Source: Macrostomum lignano (lineage: Eukaryota). From it: a stretch of 64,000 nucleotides of DNA. Each line of letters begins with the position of its first letter. Position 1 is the stretch's first letter. Location: NCBI GenBank assembly GCA_002269645.1, contig NIVC01001976.1, positions 62,001 through 126,000 of the forward strand. The letters run 5' to 3'. This document shows, one piece after another, positions 1-12,284 of this stretch. Under the pieces are notes generated by a model. The model was not told where the DNA came from and made no database searches. It was given only the letters and a program-made list of their open reading frames with translations. Made by a program: the position numbers and the translations under genes.

Positions 1-95
1 TCTAGGGTTTGTGAGGTCTAGACTCTAGGGTTTGTGATGTCTAGGGTTTGTGAGGTCTAGACTCTAGGGTTTGTGATGTCTAGGGTTTGTGATTT
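1..95. repeat. End of a ~39-bp tandem repeat (tctagggtttgtga core)
   Basis: Motif tctagggtttgtga occurs 5 times at the window start. Confidence 0.8.
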
Positions 96-550
96 AGTTT
101 AATTTCGTTCAAGTACTCCATGTCCTTATTAACAAACTGGCTGTGCAACAGAGATCTAATGCAATTTGTGAGGAAAGCAGACTGTTTTTCATCCGGTATG
201 TTCCTTCGAATTAGTGTGCGTGCGCCGGTTGCTCTGGGACTGGAACTGGGGGGGGGGTCACGCTTGCGTGAATTCGCCAGATTGAGCTTGAGATTGAGTA
301 GAAAGTAGAAAACAGTGGAACCCTCCCTCCGTATCCTCCTCATTCTCATCTGTTTCTTTGCATCCCCAATCTGCCTCCCTTATGGAGCTTGATTAGCGGC
401 CTTCTGTGCGTAAAACTTTTACTTAACACTGCTATGGTAGGGTCTGTGTAATTGAGTTTCACGTTTAGGTAGGGATTAGTAATCAGGGCTTAGTATGCAT
501 AATATGTTTGTTGTATTAGACTTCGCTAGCAGTGTAGCCAGCTTTTCTCA

Positions 551-1715
551 GGGAGTGCCATTCCAGTTGAGAGAGTGCCATTTCAGTTGAGAGAGTGCCA
601 TTTCAGTTGAGAGAGTGCCATTTTAGTTGAGAGAGTGCCATTTCAGTTGAGAGAGTGCCATTTCAGTTGAGAGAGTGCCATTTCATATGAGAGAGTGCCA
701 TTCCAGTTGAGAGAGTGCCATTCCAGTTGAGAGAGTGCCATTTCAGTTGAGAGAGTGCCATTTCAGTTGAGAGAGTGCCATTTCAGTTGAGAGATTGCCA
801 TTTCATCTGAGAGTGCCATTTCAGTTGAGAGAGTGCCATTCCAGTTAAGAGAGTGCCATTTCATATGAGAGAGTGCCATTTCAGTTGAGAGAGTGCCATT
901 TTAGTTGAGAGAGTGCCATTTCAGTTGAGAGAATGCCATTTCAGTTGAGAGAGTGCCATTTCAGTTGAGAGAGTGCCATTTAGTTGAGAGAGTGCCATTT
1001 TAGTTGAGAGAGTGCCATTTCAGTTGAGAGAATGCCATTTCAGTTGAGAGAGTGCCATTTCATATGAGAGAGTGCCATTTCAGTTGAGAGAGTGCCATTT
1101 CAGTTGAGAGAGTGCCATTTCAGTTGAGAGAGTGCCATTTCAGTTGAGAGAGTGCCATTCCAGTTGAGAGAGTGCCATTTCAGTTGAGAGAGTGCCATTT
1201 CATCTGAGAGTGCCATTTCAGTTGATAGAGTGCCATTCCAGTTGAGAGAGTGCTATTTCAGTTGAGAGAGTGCCATTCCAGTTGAGAGAGTGCCATTTCA
1301 GTTGAGAGAGTGCCATTTCAGTTGAGAGAGTGCCATTTCAGTTGAGAGAGTGCCATTTCAGTTGAGAGAGTGCCATTTCAGTTGAGAGGGTGCCATTTCA
1401 GTTGAGAGAGTGCCATTCCAGTTGAGAGAGTGCCATTTCAGTTGAGAGAGTGCCATTTCAGTTGAGAGAGTGCCATTTCAGTTGAGAGAGTGCCATTTCA
1501 GTTGAGAGAGTGCCATTTCAGTTGAGAGAGTGCCATTTCAGTTGAAAGAGTGCCATTTCAGTTGAGAGAGTGCCATTTCAGTTGAGAGAGTGCCATTTCA
1601 GTTGAGAGTGCCATTCCAGTTGAGAGAGTGCCATTTCAGTTGAGAGAGTGCCATTCCAGTTGAGAGAGTGCCATTTCAGTTGAGAGAGTGCCATTCCAGT
1701 TGAGAGAGTGCCATT
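551..1715. repeat. 20-bp minisatellite (gagagtgccatttcagttga), ~58 copies
   Basis: Direct reading; a few 18-19 bp variant units. Confidence 0.97.
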
Positions 1716-2062
1716 TAATTTGAGCTTTCATGAGTCAAAGATGCCAGAAACAAATTTACAACTGGAAAATATTTTTTTCTGGCTCATTTAAAAAAAACTA
1801 ATGTGCACTCAGTAATTAAGAAAATTATTCAGCAAAATCTCATTTTAAAAAATGGTGACGAGTGTAACGTTGTTTTTATATTTGTAATTATCTTCTGATT
1901 CACAGTGGCTGTGCCTTGTCCGTGATGTGAATGTCATCTGGCTGGCGAAAAATGTTCTCAATTTTTTGAGCAGAATTTCCTGGGCTATTACTTGGGCTTT
2001 TATTAGTGGCAAACTTTTATGGATCATTGAAGAAAAGGCTAATGGGTTGAAATACATTTGAG

Positions 2063-2210
2063 AGTGATAGACTCAGAGTCTACTAGAAAGAGTGACAGAC
2101 TTAGAGTCTACTAAAGAGAGTGACAGACTTAGAGTCTACTAAAGAGAGTGACAGACTTAGAGTCTACTAAAGAGAGTGACAGACTTAGAGTCTACTAAAG
2201 AGATTGACAG
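2063..2210. repeat. 28-bp tandem repeat (gagagtgacagacttagagtctactaaa), ~5 copies
   Basis: Direct reading. Confidence 0.9.
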
Positions 2211-2396
2211 ACTCTATACAGATAGATTCACCAGAAAAAAATTATTACATGACTGACTATAAACGCAAGATAAGGGTGCCGCAGGCCAGGCATCGATAAG
2301 ATTTAGTGCTAGACCATCATGTAGCGATTGATGACTATCCAGCGCCGCATTGAGCAGAGCAACCTCCTCACCTCACCTGCCTTCCACCTACTCTAG

Positions 2397-5300
2397 TACG
2401 CGAATCCCGCTCACGAACGAATGTTCGGTTTCGCACTCGGCGAGATGATTGGCAAGAGTTCATTCGAGATGATTCATTCGGACAAAACAGACGAAGAGGT
2501 CAGCAACCTGCAGCAGCATTTGAGACGCGGAAAGGTTCGTGACTGATTAGAGTGCAGCAAGAAAATGTTATACAAAGTTAGGCTAAAATTGACTTGCTTA
2601 TTTTTTTCTGCAGGAATGGGACGGCGCTGTCACAGGCAGGAGAAAGTCAGGGGCGAGTGCCGATCATCACAATTCCATCTATCCAGTGAAAGGTCGCAAG
2701 GGGTGAGTTCTGTCAGATTTTCACTTTGCTTTTCTTTGCTTTGCAGTGTACACTGGCCCGGCCCCCTAGCTTTACTTCTCTGCCCCAATGTACACTGAAC
2801 CGACCCATAGATTTACTTCTCTGCCCCAGTGTACACTGAGCCGATCCATAGCTTTACTTCTCTGCCCCAGTGTACACTGAGCCGATCCATAGCTTTACTT
2901 CTCTGCCCCAGTGTACACTGAACCGATCCATAGCTTTACTTCTCTGCCCCAGTGTACACTGAGCCGACCCATAGATTTACTTCTCTGCCCCAGTGTACAC
3001 TGACCCGACCCCTATAGCTTCAGCAGCCTATCTCCATTCCCTCCTCTCTTGCAGTAAAGTGCAACACTTTGTCTGCTTGAAGCAGTCGGGCTCTCATCAT
3101 GCCGGCGGCTACGAGAAACATCTGGCCAATTCTCATCACGACTACAGCCTGCCCAAGGATTCCTGTGAGTTCCTGTCTGTGTCACACTAGTGCACCCCTG
3201 CGACTCTGTGTGCACAACTAACTGCTTTGCTAATATATTAACAAATTTATTCTAGCTTCTTCCCCAGTGGAGACTGTAGCGTAGCGGTACCGCGCCCGAC
3301 TATCAAATCAAATTCCCCGGGTTCGATTCCGCCTACGAGGCCACATTTATTTGGGGGAGGGGCGGTTATTTATACGATCGTTTTACGGACTCGTATATTC
3401 ACACAGTAAATTATACTATACTTTAAGTACTATATATATGCCTAATAACCTTAATAAGCCTTACTAATCCTCCTGTTAATACGCTCGCATTTAACTGCGC
3501 CAGATCTACCAGGACTCAGTCAGTCGCGCAAGCCGTCAGTCATGTCTATCTGCAGTGCACCGCTAATGCACTTTGACGGTAGAATAATGCTGCACCCTGT
3601 TGCTTGTCCCCCTGCTCTCTCTCAAACTCTGTCCTGTCTGCAGCGCGATCTGCTCCTGGATTCGCGGCTGATGGCCCTCCAGAAAAAAAGTTATTGATTG
3701 ACAACAACTTTTTAAGTTAAAGCCGATTTTTCCCCAGCCGTTTAGGCAACGACCGCAAGGGGGTTGTTCTTTTAAATTCCTTCACACTTTTTTCTTGCCA
3801 TTGCTGGTGGGAATCTTGGCGCTAAAATGGGAGGTAAGACGCCAGAATCAGAGATCGGGTGGCGCTATAATATTGGATCGGGTGGCACTAGAATCAGAGA
3901 TAGGGTGGCGCTAGAATCAGAGATAGGGTGGCGCTAGAATCAGAGATAGGGTGGCGCTAGAATCAGAGATAGGGTGGCGCTAGAATCAGAGATAGGGTGG
4001 CGCTAGAATCAGAGATAGGGTGGCGCTAGAATCAGAGATAGGGTGGCGCCAGAATCAGTAATCGGGTGGCGCCAGAATCAGAGATAGGGTGGCGCTAGAA
4101 TCAGAGATCGGGTGGCGCTAGAATCAGAGATAGGGTGGTGCTAGAATCAGAGATCGGGTGGCGCTAGAATCAGAGATAGGGTGGCGCTAGAATCAGAGAT
4201 AGGGTGGCGCCAGAATCAGAGATAGGGTGGCGCTAGAATCAGAGATAGGGTGGCGCCAGAATCAGTAATCGGGTGGCGCCAGAATCAGAGATAGGGTGGC
4301 GCTAGAATCAGAGATAGGGTGGCGCCAGAATCAGAGATAGGGTGGCGCTAGAATCAGAGATAGGGTGGCGCCAGAATCAGAGATAGGGTGGCGCCAGAAT
4401 CAGAGATAGGGTGGCGCCAGAATCAGCTATTTTTAAAAGGCCAGCCTCATATTCTTTGTTATTCTTATGCCACCAGCCAGGGCTGTTATCCTTCAAAATT
4501 CGTTTATTTTTTGTATTTAAAAATTTTTAATTTCCCATTTCCATGAGACAATATTTTGAAGGACAAATTTCTAAATTAATTATCGAATAGCACAGAAATT
4601 CTCAAATTTTTATGATCTGCCTGTCTATCCTCTTATCCAGTGCAAATGGCAAGGCCCTGATTGATTGCCAATGGCTAAATAATTAGCAACAAGTTGTCGT
4701 TTTCCTAGAAAAATAATTCAAATGAGCTGCACATCCCTAATCTCGGCTAGTGGCGTTGTAGCGGCGGCACTTCGGAAGAACAAAATAGTTTTCCTTGCTC
4801 AATGTCTTAATTTGCATCATTTTTCTTTCAGCTCTGATGGCAGGAATCAAAACTGGTAGCAGGAAGGACTCAGGGACTGGCAGGTTGAACTCAGTTACCA
4901 TTGAGGCACCGATTCACAAGGTGAGAATGCCGGCTGGAGTGAGATCCCAGATCGTAGATCCCAGATCGTAGATCCCAGATCGTAGATCCCAGATCGTAGA
5001 TCCCAGATCGTAGATCCCAGATCGTAGATCCCAGATCGTAGATCCCAGATCGTAGATCCCAGATCGTAGATCCCAGATCGTAGATCCCAGATCGTAGATC
5101 CCAGATCGTAGATCCCAGATCGTAGATCCCAGATCGTAGATCCCAGATCGTAGATCCCAGATCGTAGATCCCAGATCGTAGATCCCAGATCGTAGATCCC
5201 AGATCGTAGATCCCAGATCGTAGATCCCAGATCGTAGATCCCAGATCGTAGATCCCAGATCGTAGATCCCAGATCGTAGATCCCAGATCGTAGATCCCAG

Positions 5301-8300
5301 ATCGTAGATCCCAGATCGTAGATCCCAGATCGTAGATCCCAGATCGTAGATCCCAGATCGTAGATCCCAGATCGTAGATCCCAGATCGTAGATCCCAGAT
5401 CGTAGATCCCAGATCGTAGATCCCAGATCGTAGATCCCAGATCGTAGATCCCAGATCGTAGATCCCAGATCGTAGATCCCAGATCGTAGATCCCAGATCG
5501 TAGATCCCAGATCGTAGATCCCAGATCGTAGATCCCAGATCGTAGATCCCAGATCGTAGATCCCAGATCGTAGATCCCAGATCGTAGATCCCAGATCGTA
5601 GATCCCAGATCGTAGATCCCAGATCGTAGATCCCAGATCGTAGATCCCAGATCGTAGATCCCAGATCGTAGATCCCAGATCGTAGATCCCAGATCGTAGA
5701 TCCCAGATCGTAGATCCCAGATCGTAGATCCCAGATCGTAGATCCCAGATCGTAGATCCCAGATCGTAGATCCCAGATCGTAGATCCCAGATCGTAGATC
5801 CCAGATCGTAGATCCCAGATCGTAGATCCCAGATCGTAGATCCCAGATCGTAGATCCCAGATCGTAGATCCCAGATCGTAGATCCCAGATCGTAGATCCC
5901 AGATCGTAGATCCCAGATCGTAGATCCCAGATCGTAGATCCCAGATCGTAGATCCCAGATCGTAGATCCCAGATCGTAGATCCCAGATCGTAGATCCCAG
6001 ATCGTAGATCCCAGATCGTAGATCCCAGATCGTAGATCCCAGATCGTAGATCCCAGATCGTAGATCCCTGATCCCAGATCCTTGATTCCAGAACAGATCT
6101 CATATCGTAGATCTGAGAGACCATATATCAGTTAGTTAGGATCTGTACATCCGGTGCCACGTAATCTACTTATTTTTATTTAAATTCACTGCGCTCTGTA
6201 TACATTCGAATTTCATAGTGCCTATGTATGCTGTATCTCTAATTACCCTAGGTAATCAACCTGATCAACGTGGCCCAGGAGAACAGCAACCCGACGGTGG
6301 CCGCGGCCCTTGACAGGGTGCTGGAGATCCTGCATCAGTCTACTGATCTGTACACTGGCGAGCTGCCCAGCACCCAGGAGGACAAGATGACCTCAGATTA
6401 CGTTGGGGGCCTCATGACGGTGAGGTTTTCCTAGCTAAAAATACAAAAAAGTTCAAACTACTATACTGTGAGTAGAAATATGGACATTTTTGCTAACTTA
6501 CGAGTATTTGTAAAAAATATTTTATTTCCTAGGGCGGATCGAAGCCTCCGGAGAAAAAGCGACAAGTGATGTTGCAGCCGAGGCGTAAGTATTTTGTTAA
6601 AATCGATATTTCTTTATTTTTTTAGTGCATTCAGTTTAAAAAATCGTGTTTTCCTAGAAAGCGCACACCTCTTTATATAAGCATGCCTTAGTGTTTATAG
6701 TTTTACTTTATTTTCATATTCTATACTATCTATTATTTATCTTAAGCTTTATTAGAATCTTGTTTGCCTGTCTCTGGCATTATTTATTTCTATTTGTTTT
6801 AATTATGCCCACCAGGCTTTAAAACAGTAGGAGCTTTGACGTGATTTCCTTTTCTTGATTTTATGTTTCGTTTTTAACACAAAATATTCCAGGAATGCAC
6901 CAAAGGCCGTCAGAAATCATGTCTGAGCATATTAACCAACTGCTAGGTCTGCTGCCATATTTTTATTTTTTTACGTCTTGATTGATTGGTTGAGCTTGAC
7001 AGCTTGCCGTGCTGATTATGCAGAGTTTTGCGCTTGTTTGTCTTGTTTATAAATAACTAATAATGCACCTACCAGCCTTGAAAATCAGTTTGCTGTGTTG
7101 CATCTCTTATATTTACCCGCTAACACAGTTCTGGCGTGTCAGTAGTCACTTGTGTTCATTGATGCTTATTTTATTTATTGCAATAATTCCCGATGTTACT
7201 GTGACTGGCGTGCCCAGCTTGTAGTTGGGTAAATCTCAAAGAATATTTTATCCTGGATCCCAGATTCCTAATCCCAAATACTAAATCCTAGATCCTGGAT
7301 CCCAGATCCCAGATCCTACATCCCAGATCCCAGATCCCAGATCCCAGATCCTACATTCCAGACCCCAGATCCTAGATTACAGGTCCTACATCCCAGATCC
7401 CATATCCTAGATCCAAGATCCCATATCCTAGGTCCCAGATCCAAGATCCCATATCCTAGGTCCCAGATCCAAGATCCCATATCCTAGGTCCCAGATCCAA
7501 GATCCCATATCCTAGGTCCCAGATCCAAGATCCAAACTACCAGATCCCAGATTCTAGATCCCAGATCCCATATCCTATATCCCAGATCCCAAGTCCTAGA
7601 TCTCAGATCATAGATCCCAAATCAAAGATCTCAGATCATAGATCCCTATTCCCAAATCCTAGATCTCAGATCATAGATCCCTATTCCCAAATCCTAGATC
7701 TCAGATCATAGATCCCTGTTCCCAAATCCTAGATCTCAGATCATAGATCCCAAATCCTAGATCTCAGATCATAGATCCCAAATCCTAGATCTCAGATCAT
7801 AGATCCCAAATCCTAGATCTCAGATCATAGATCCCAAATCCTAGATCTCAGATCATAGATCCCAAATCCTAGATCTCAGATCATAGATCCCAAATCCTAG
7901 ATCTCAGATCATAGATCCCAAATCCTAGATCTCAGATCATAGATCCCAAATCCTAGATCTCAGATCATAGATCCCAAATCCTAGATCTCAGATCATAGAT
8001 CCCAAATCCTAGATCTCAGATCATAGATCCCAAATCCTAGATCTCAGATCATAGATCCCAAATCCTAGATCTCAGATCATAGATCCCAAATCCTAGATCT
8101 CAGATCATAGATCCCAAATCCTAGATCTCAGATCATAGATCCCAAATCCTAGATCTCAGATCATAGATCCCAAATCCTAGATCTCAGATCATAGATCCCA
8201 AATCCTAGATCTCAGATCATAGATCCCAAATCCTAGATCTCAGATCATAGATCCCAAATCCTAGATCTCAGATCATAGATCCCAAATCCTAGATCTCAGA

Positions 8301-11300
8301 TCATAGATCCCAAATCCTAGATCTCAGATCATAGATCCCAAATCCTAGATCTCAGATCATAGATCCCAAATCCTAGATCTCAGATCATAGATCCCAAATC
8401 CTAGATCTCAGATCATAGATCCCTGTTCCCAAATCATAGATCTCAGATCATAGATCCCTGTTCCCAAATCCTTAATGCTAGATCCCAGATCCCAAATCCC
8501 AAATTCTAGATCCCAGATCCCAGATCCTACATGATTTTGGCGTTTCCCTAGTTTAAAAAATGGGTCATCACAGTTTAGATCAAGAAATTACCTGCTCCCC
8601 TAATTGTTGGAAGGAATCCCATGTGATGGGATTGCAATAAAGATAATACCTTGAATCGGCGCTAGCAACTTAATTCAAAATTGAAAGCAAAACTTTCCCT
8701 TTTAATTACCAAGCTCACTGTTTGTGGTTCATTAAGTTAATTTTCTCATATTTAATGGCGCATTGTACTGCAGCTGCAGTCCTGTTTTTAGACAGATTTT
8801 TCTCTGATTAATTTTTTATTTTACTTCATCTTTCAAGAAAGGGAGCTACTGTCTTAATCAGTTCCTTTCAAGTAGCATGGAGAAGTGTTTATCATAAATT
8901 TAATAATCAAGGATTAAATTCGTGCCCGAATAGCGCGAACCACCAGAGGTTAAGCAAAACCGATTTTGGTTAGTATAAAATGTATCCAGTAAAAAAATAG
9001 TTAGCTTTTTGTCAGCTTTTGTCCTGTACTGTACTGTTATTTTGCGGCCCATGTGCAGTGTCTTGAAATGTCGCCTTTGTAGATTGTTTATAGCTGGGAC
9101 TTATAGTGGGCATTTGAAGTGTGACAATATGAAATTCTTAGTGACAACCTAATAGTGATAATCTGAGAGTGACATTTTAAGAAACGAATGGAGCACTCTG
9201 GAGTATCACTCTTAAATTTTCACTCTTAGAATGTCACTCTCAGATTTTCACTCTTAGAATGTCACTCTCAGATTGTCACTCTTAGAATGTCACTCTCAGA
9301 TTGTCACTCTTATAATGTCACTCCTGTTGTCACTTCAAAGAGTGAAAATCTGAGAGCAACATTCCATTAGAGTGACAATCTGAGAGCGACATTGCATTAG
9401 GGTGACATTCTAAGAGTGACTATCTGAGAGCGACATTTCATTAGGGTGACATTCTAAGAGTGACAATCTGAGAGTGACAATCTGAGAGTGACATTCTAAG
9501 AGTGACAATCTGAGAGCGACATTTCATTAGGGTGACATTCTAAGAGTGACAATCTGAGAGCGACATTTCATTAGAGTGACATTCTGAGAGTGAAATTCTT
9601 AGAGTGACAATCTGAAAACGACATTCTAAGAGTGACAATCTGAGAGTGACATTCTAAGAGTGACAATCTGAGAGTGAAACTTTTAGAGTGACAATCTAGA
9701 GTGACATTCTAAGAGTGACAATCTGAGAGTGACATTCTAAGAGTGACATTCCATTAGAGTGATATTCAAAGGGTGAAAATACAAGAGTGACAATCTGAGA
9801 GTGATACTCCAGCAGTGACAATCTTGGGAAAATTTGTCATTTCATAGAGTTGTAAACAAGCAAATTATTCCAAGCTGATTTCAAGTAAAACGCTGACTCT
9901 AAAACTCCAAAATGTCTAACAAGCCGGCCTCACTGACCCATCCGATTCTCTCAGAGAACTCCTCAAGCAACATACAGTCGCTCAGCGAGATTCCCGAGGA
10001 GCTGCTGGCCTATTTAGACAACGATGACGATTGGAGCTTCGACATCATCGAGCTGGAACGAGTGACAGAGAAGAAGCCCATGGTGTACTTGGCGATGAAG
10101 ACACTGCAGCGGTTCAACGTGTGCCACTTCCTTCAGTGCAGCGAGGACACCATGCTGAAGTGGCTGCAGGTCATCCAGGACCATTACCACGCCGACAACT
10201 GCTATCACAATGCCACCCACGGTGCCGATGTAATGCAGAGTTCGGCCTATTTCCTAGAACGAGATCGGATTAAATCGATCTTCGACGAAATGGACGAAGT
10301 CGCCTCGCTGCTGGGCGCCCTGGTGCACGATCTGGATCATCCGGGCAGGACGAATCCGTTTCTGATCAACAGCCAGCATAAGCTGGCCATTCTGTACAAT
10401 GATATGTGAGTTTTGAATGCCAGAGACGATATGTATCGAAATTAATATTAATAGGAACAGCCGATATGTATCGAAAGTTAATTAAGTATCGTAGAAGTTA
10501 AGTAAATCAATATTGAATGCAAGTAGCCGATAGGTATCGAAAGTAATAATAATATGGCCGACATGCATCGAAAGTCAATATTAATTTAAATAGCCGATAT
10601 GTATCGAAAATCAATATTAATTTAAATAGCCGATATGTATCGAAAATCAATATTAATTTAAATAGCCGATATGTATCGAAAGTAATATTAATAAAAAAGC
10701 TAATATCTATGGAAACCAATATTATTATGAATAACCGATATGTATCGAAAATAATGTTAACAAAATAGCCGATATGTTTAAAAATTTATATTTACACAAG
10801 ATTCATTTAACCCTAACTGTTTTTCGCCAGCACGGTGCTGGAGAGCCACCACGTGTCGCTGGCCTTCCAGCTGACCACTCGCGACGATCGCATCAACATA
10901 TTCAAGAACATGAGCCGCGAGGACTACAAAACCCTGCGCCAGAGCATGATTGACATTGTCCTGGCAACTGAGATGGCCAAACATTTTGAGCACGTGGGTA
11001 AATTCGCTAATCAGATTGTCGCCCCGCTGGTTGCCAAGGAGGGCGAGGAGGGTGCTGAAAGAATCACGGAAGAGGAGGCGCTCGAGATGTTGACTAAATC
11101 GGAGAATCGAACGCTAATAAAGCGAGTTTTAATCAAATGCTCAGACGTGAGCAATCCCTGCCGATCGCTGAAACTTTGCAAAGAATGGGCAAAACGCATA
11201 TCAGAAGAATACTTTCAGCAGGCAAGTTTTTGCGAACATTTGCAGTTTGTCTACTGTTGGTAGCAAATCAGCTATTAATGTAACCGAATTAGCAGATTAG

Positions 11301-12284
11301 CCGATATGTATCGAAAATGCCTATAGTAAATAGGAAAATAAACAAAGGAACTATTTTTTCCTACAGACGGACGAGGAAAAGTCCAAGGGTCTGCCAATTG
11401 TGATGCCTGTGTTTGACCGCACCACCTGCAACATGCCGCACTCGCAGACCAGCTTTATTGATTTCTTTTTGCGCGAGATGTTCAGCGCTTGGCACGGTAA
11501 GCGCAATCACTTATCTGAGTTCGTTAGCAATTGTTCTCAAACTAGTAGTAGTAGGCAATTTTACCCTAATCCACAGAAATCATCAACCATCCCATGATCC
11601 CAAAAATCCCTAAATTAGTCCCAAAATCAACTCATGATCCCAAATTAGTCCTCAATTATCCCATGATCCCAAAATCCCAGAATGACTAAAATAATTCCCA
11701 GATCCAAAAATCCCCATATTAGCCTTAAAAATCCCCAAATTAGTCCGAAAATTATCCCCAGGTCTCAAAATACTCAAATTATTTTTACAAATATCCCACG
11801 ATCTAGAAAATCACCAAATTGGTCCTCAATCACCCCATGATCCCGAGAAACCCAAAATTAGTCCCAAAAATAATCCCAAGATCCCAAAAATTCCAAAATG
11901 CATCCTAAAATAATCCTATGAACTTGAAAATCCCTAAATTAGTCCCAAATAATAACATGATCCCAGAAATCCCTAAATAAATTTTAAAACGATCCAATGA
12001 TACTGAAATTCCCAAAATTAGTTCCAAAATTATCCCTTTATCCCAAAAATCCCTCTTTCCTTAAACTGGATTTCTAACCCAATCTCCGGAATTTTCCCCT
12101 AACAACAATCGCTGCAGCATTCTGCGACGTGCCCCAGCTAGTTGAGAACCTGAACAACAACTACGCCTATTGGAAGCAGCTGGCCGATGAGAACAAACGA
12201 GCGGAAGAGGCGATGCGGGAAGCGGCTGAAAGCGAGGAAGAGGCAGCGGCGGCGGAATCAGCGGACGAAGAACGGACCGCGTGA
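2397..12284 (+). CDS. PDE8: cAMP-specific phosphodiesterase 8 (PAS + catalytic domain), 5'-incomplete
   Basis: Phase-consistent exons: 2397-2534 ([13 protein letters not shown]), 2614-2702 (EWDG..), 3055-3164 (KVQHFV), 4832-4920 (VTIEAPIHK), 6252-6419 ([19 protein letters not shown]), 6533-6584, optional 6893-6946, 9955-10405 ([20 protein letters not shown]), 10831-11221 ([16 protein letters not shown]), 11367-11496 (TDEEK..VMPVFDR), 12118-12284 (stop). Motifs match remembered PDE8A/B sequences. Upstream REC-domain exons were not located. Confidence 0.96.
2750..3020. repeat. 41-bp intronic tandem repeat (cagtgtacactgagccgatccatagctttacttctctgccc), ~6.5 copies
   Basis: Direct reading; inside a PDE8 intron. 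Confidence 0.92.
3270..3345 (+). pseudogene. tRNA-derived element (SINE head or tRNA pseudogene)
   Basis: A box TAGCGTAGCGG (3277-3287) and B box GGTTCGATTCC (3320-3330) at tRNA-like spacing; acceptor, anticodon and T stems do not pair. Confidence 0.5.
3840..4428. repeat. 23-bp minisatellite (agaatcagagatagggtggcgct), ~25 copies
   Basis: Direct reading. Confidence 0.96.
4941..6066. repeat. 14-bp near-perfect array (agatcccagatcgt), ~80 copies
   Basis: Direct reading; produces the spurious 409-aa minus-strand ORF. Confidence 0.98.
7255..8525. repeat. AGATCCC-derived array: degenerate 7-mers flanking a 28-bp core (agatcccaaatcctagatctcagatcat)
   Basis: Direct reading. Confidence 0.95.
9130..9825. 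repeat. Degenerate agagtgacaatctg/agagtgacattcta repeat with an internally inverted block
   Basis: Units are forward at 9130-9200 and 9340-9825, and reverse-complement (tcactcttagaatgtcactctcag) at about 9205-9335. Confidence 0.85.
10425..10780. repeat. ~36-bp AT-rich repeat built on ccgatatgtatcgaa
   Basis: About 9 degenerate copies filling a PDE8 intron. Confidence 0.88.
11590..12060. repeat. Degenerate atcccaaaat/aaattagtcc repeat
   Basis: Recurring motifs in the last PDE8 intron. Confidence 0.7.

Noticed and set aside
1-95. Telomeric repeat at the window start
   Set aside because: tctagggttt units are not tandem TTAGGG; it is an ordinary minisatellite.
114-195. Exon-like segment (aag|..ccg|gtatgt) possibly belonging to PDE8
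   Set aside because: No convincing match to the PDE8 REC region, and its end phase does not join the phase-0 exon at 2397.
3644-3689. Extra PDE8 exon candidate after a strong polypyrimidine tract
   Set aside because: Weak donor and phase mismatch with the next exon.
4895-6124. 409-aa minus ORF, and all other long repeat ORFs (17116, 18373-20441, 25172-27401, 50263, 60368-62077 etc.)
   Set aside because: Translations are pure tandem-repeat periodicity; they lie in introns or after stops and lack coherent starts or splice context.
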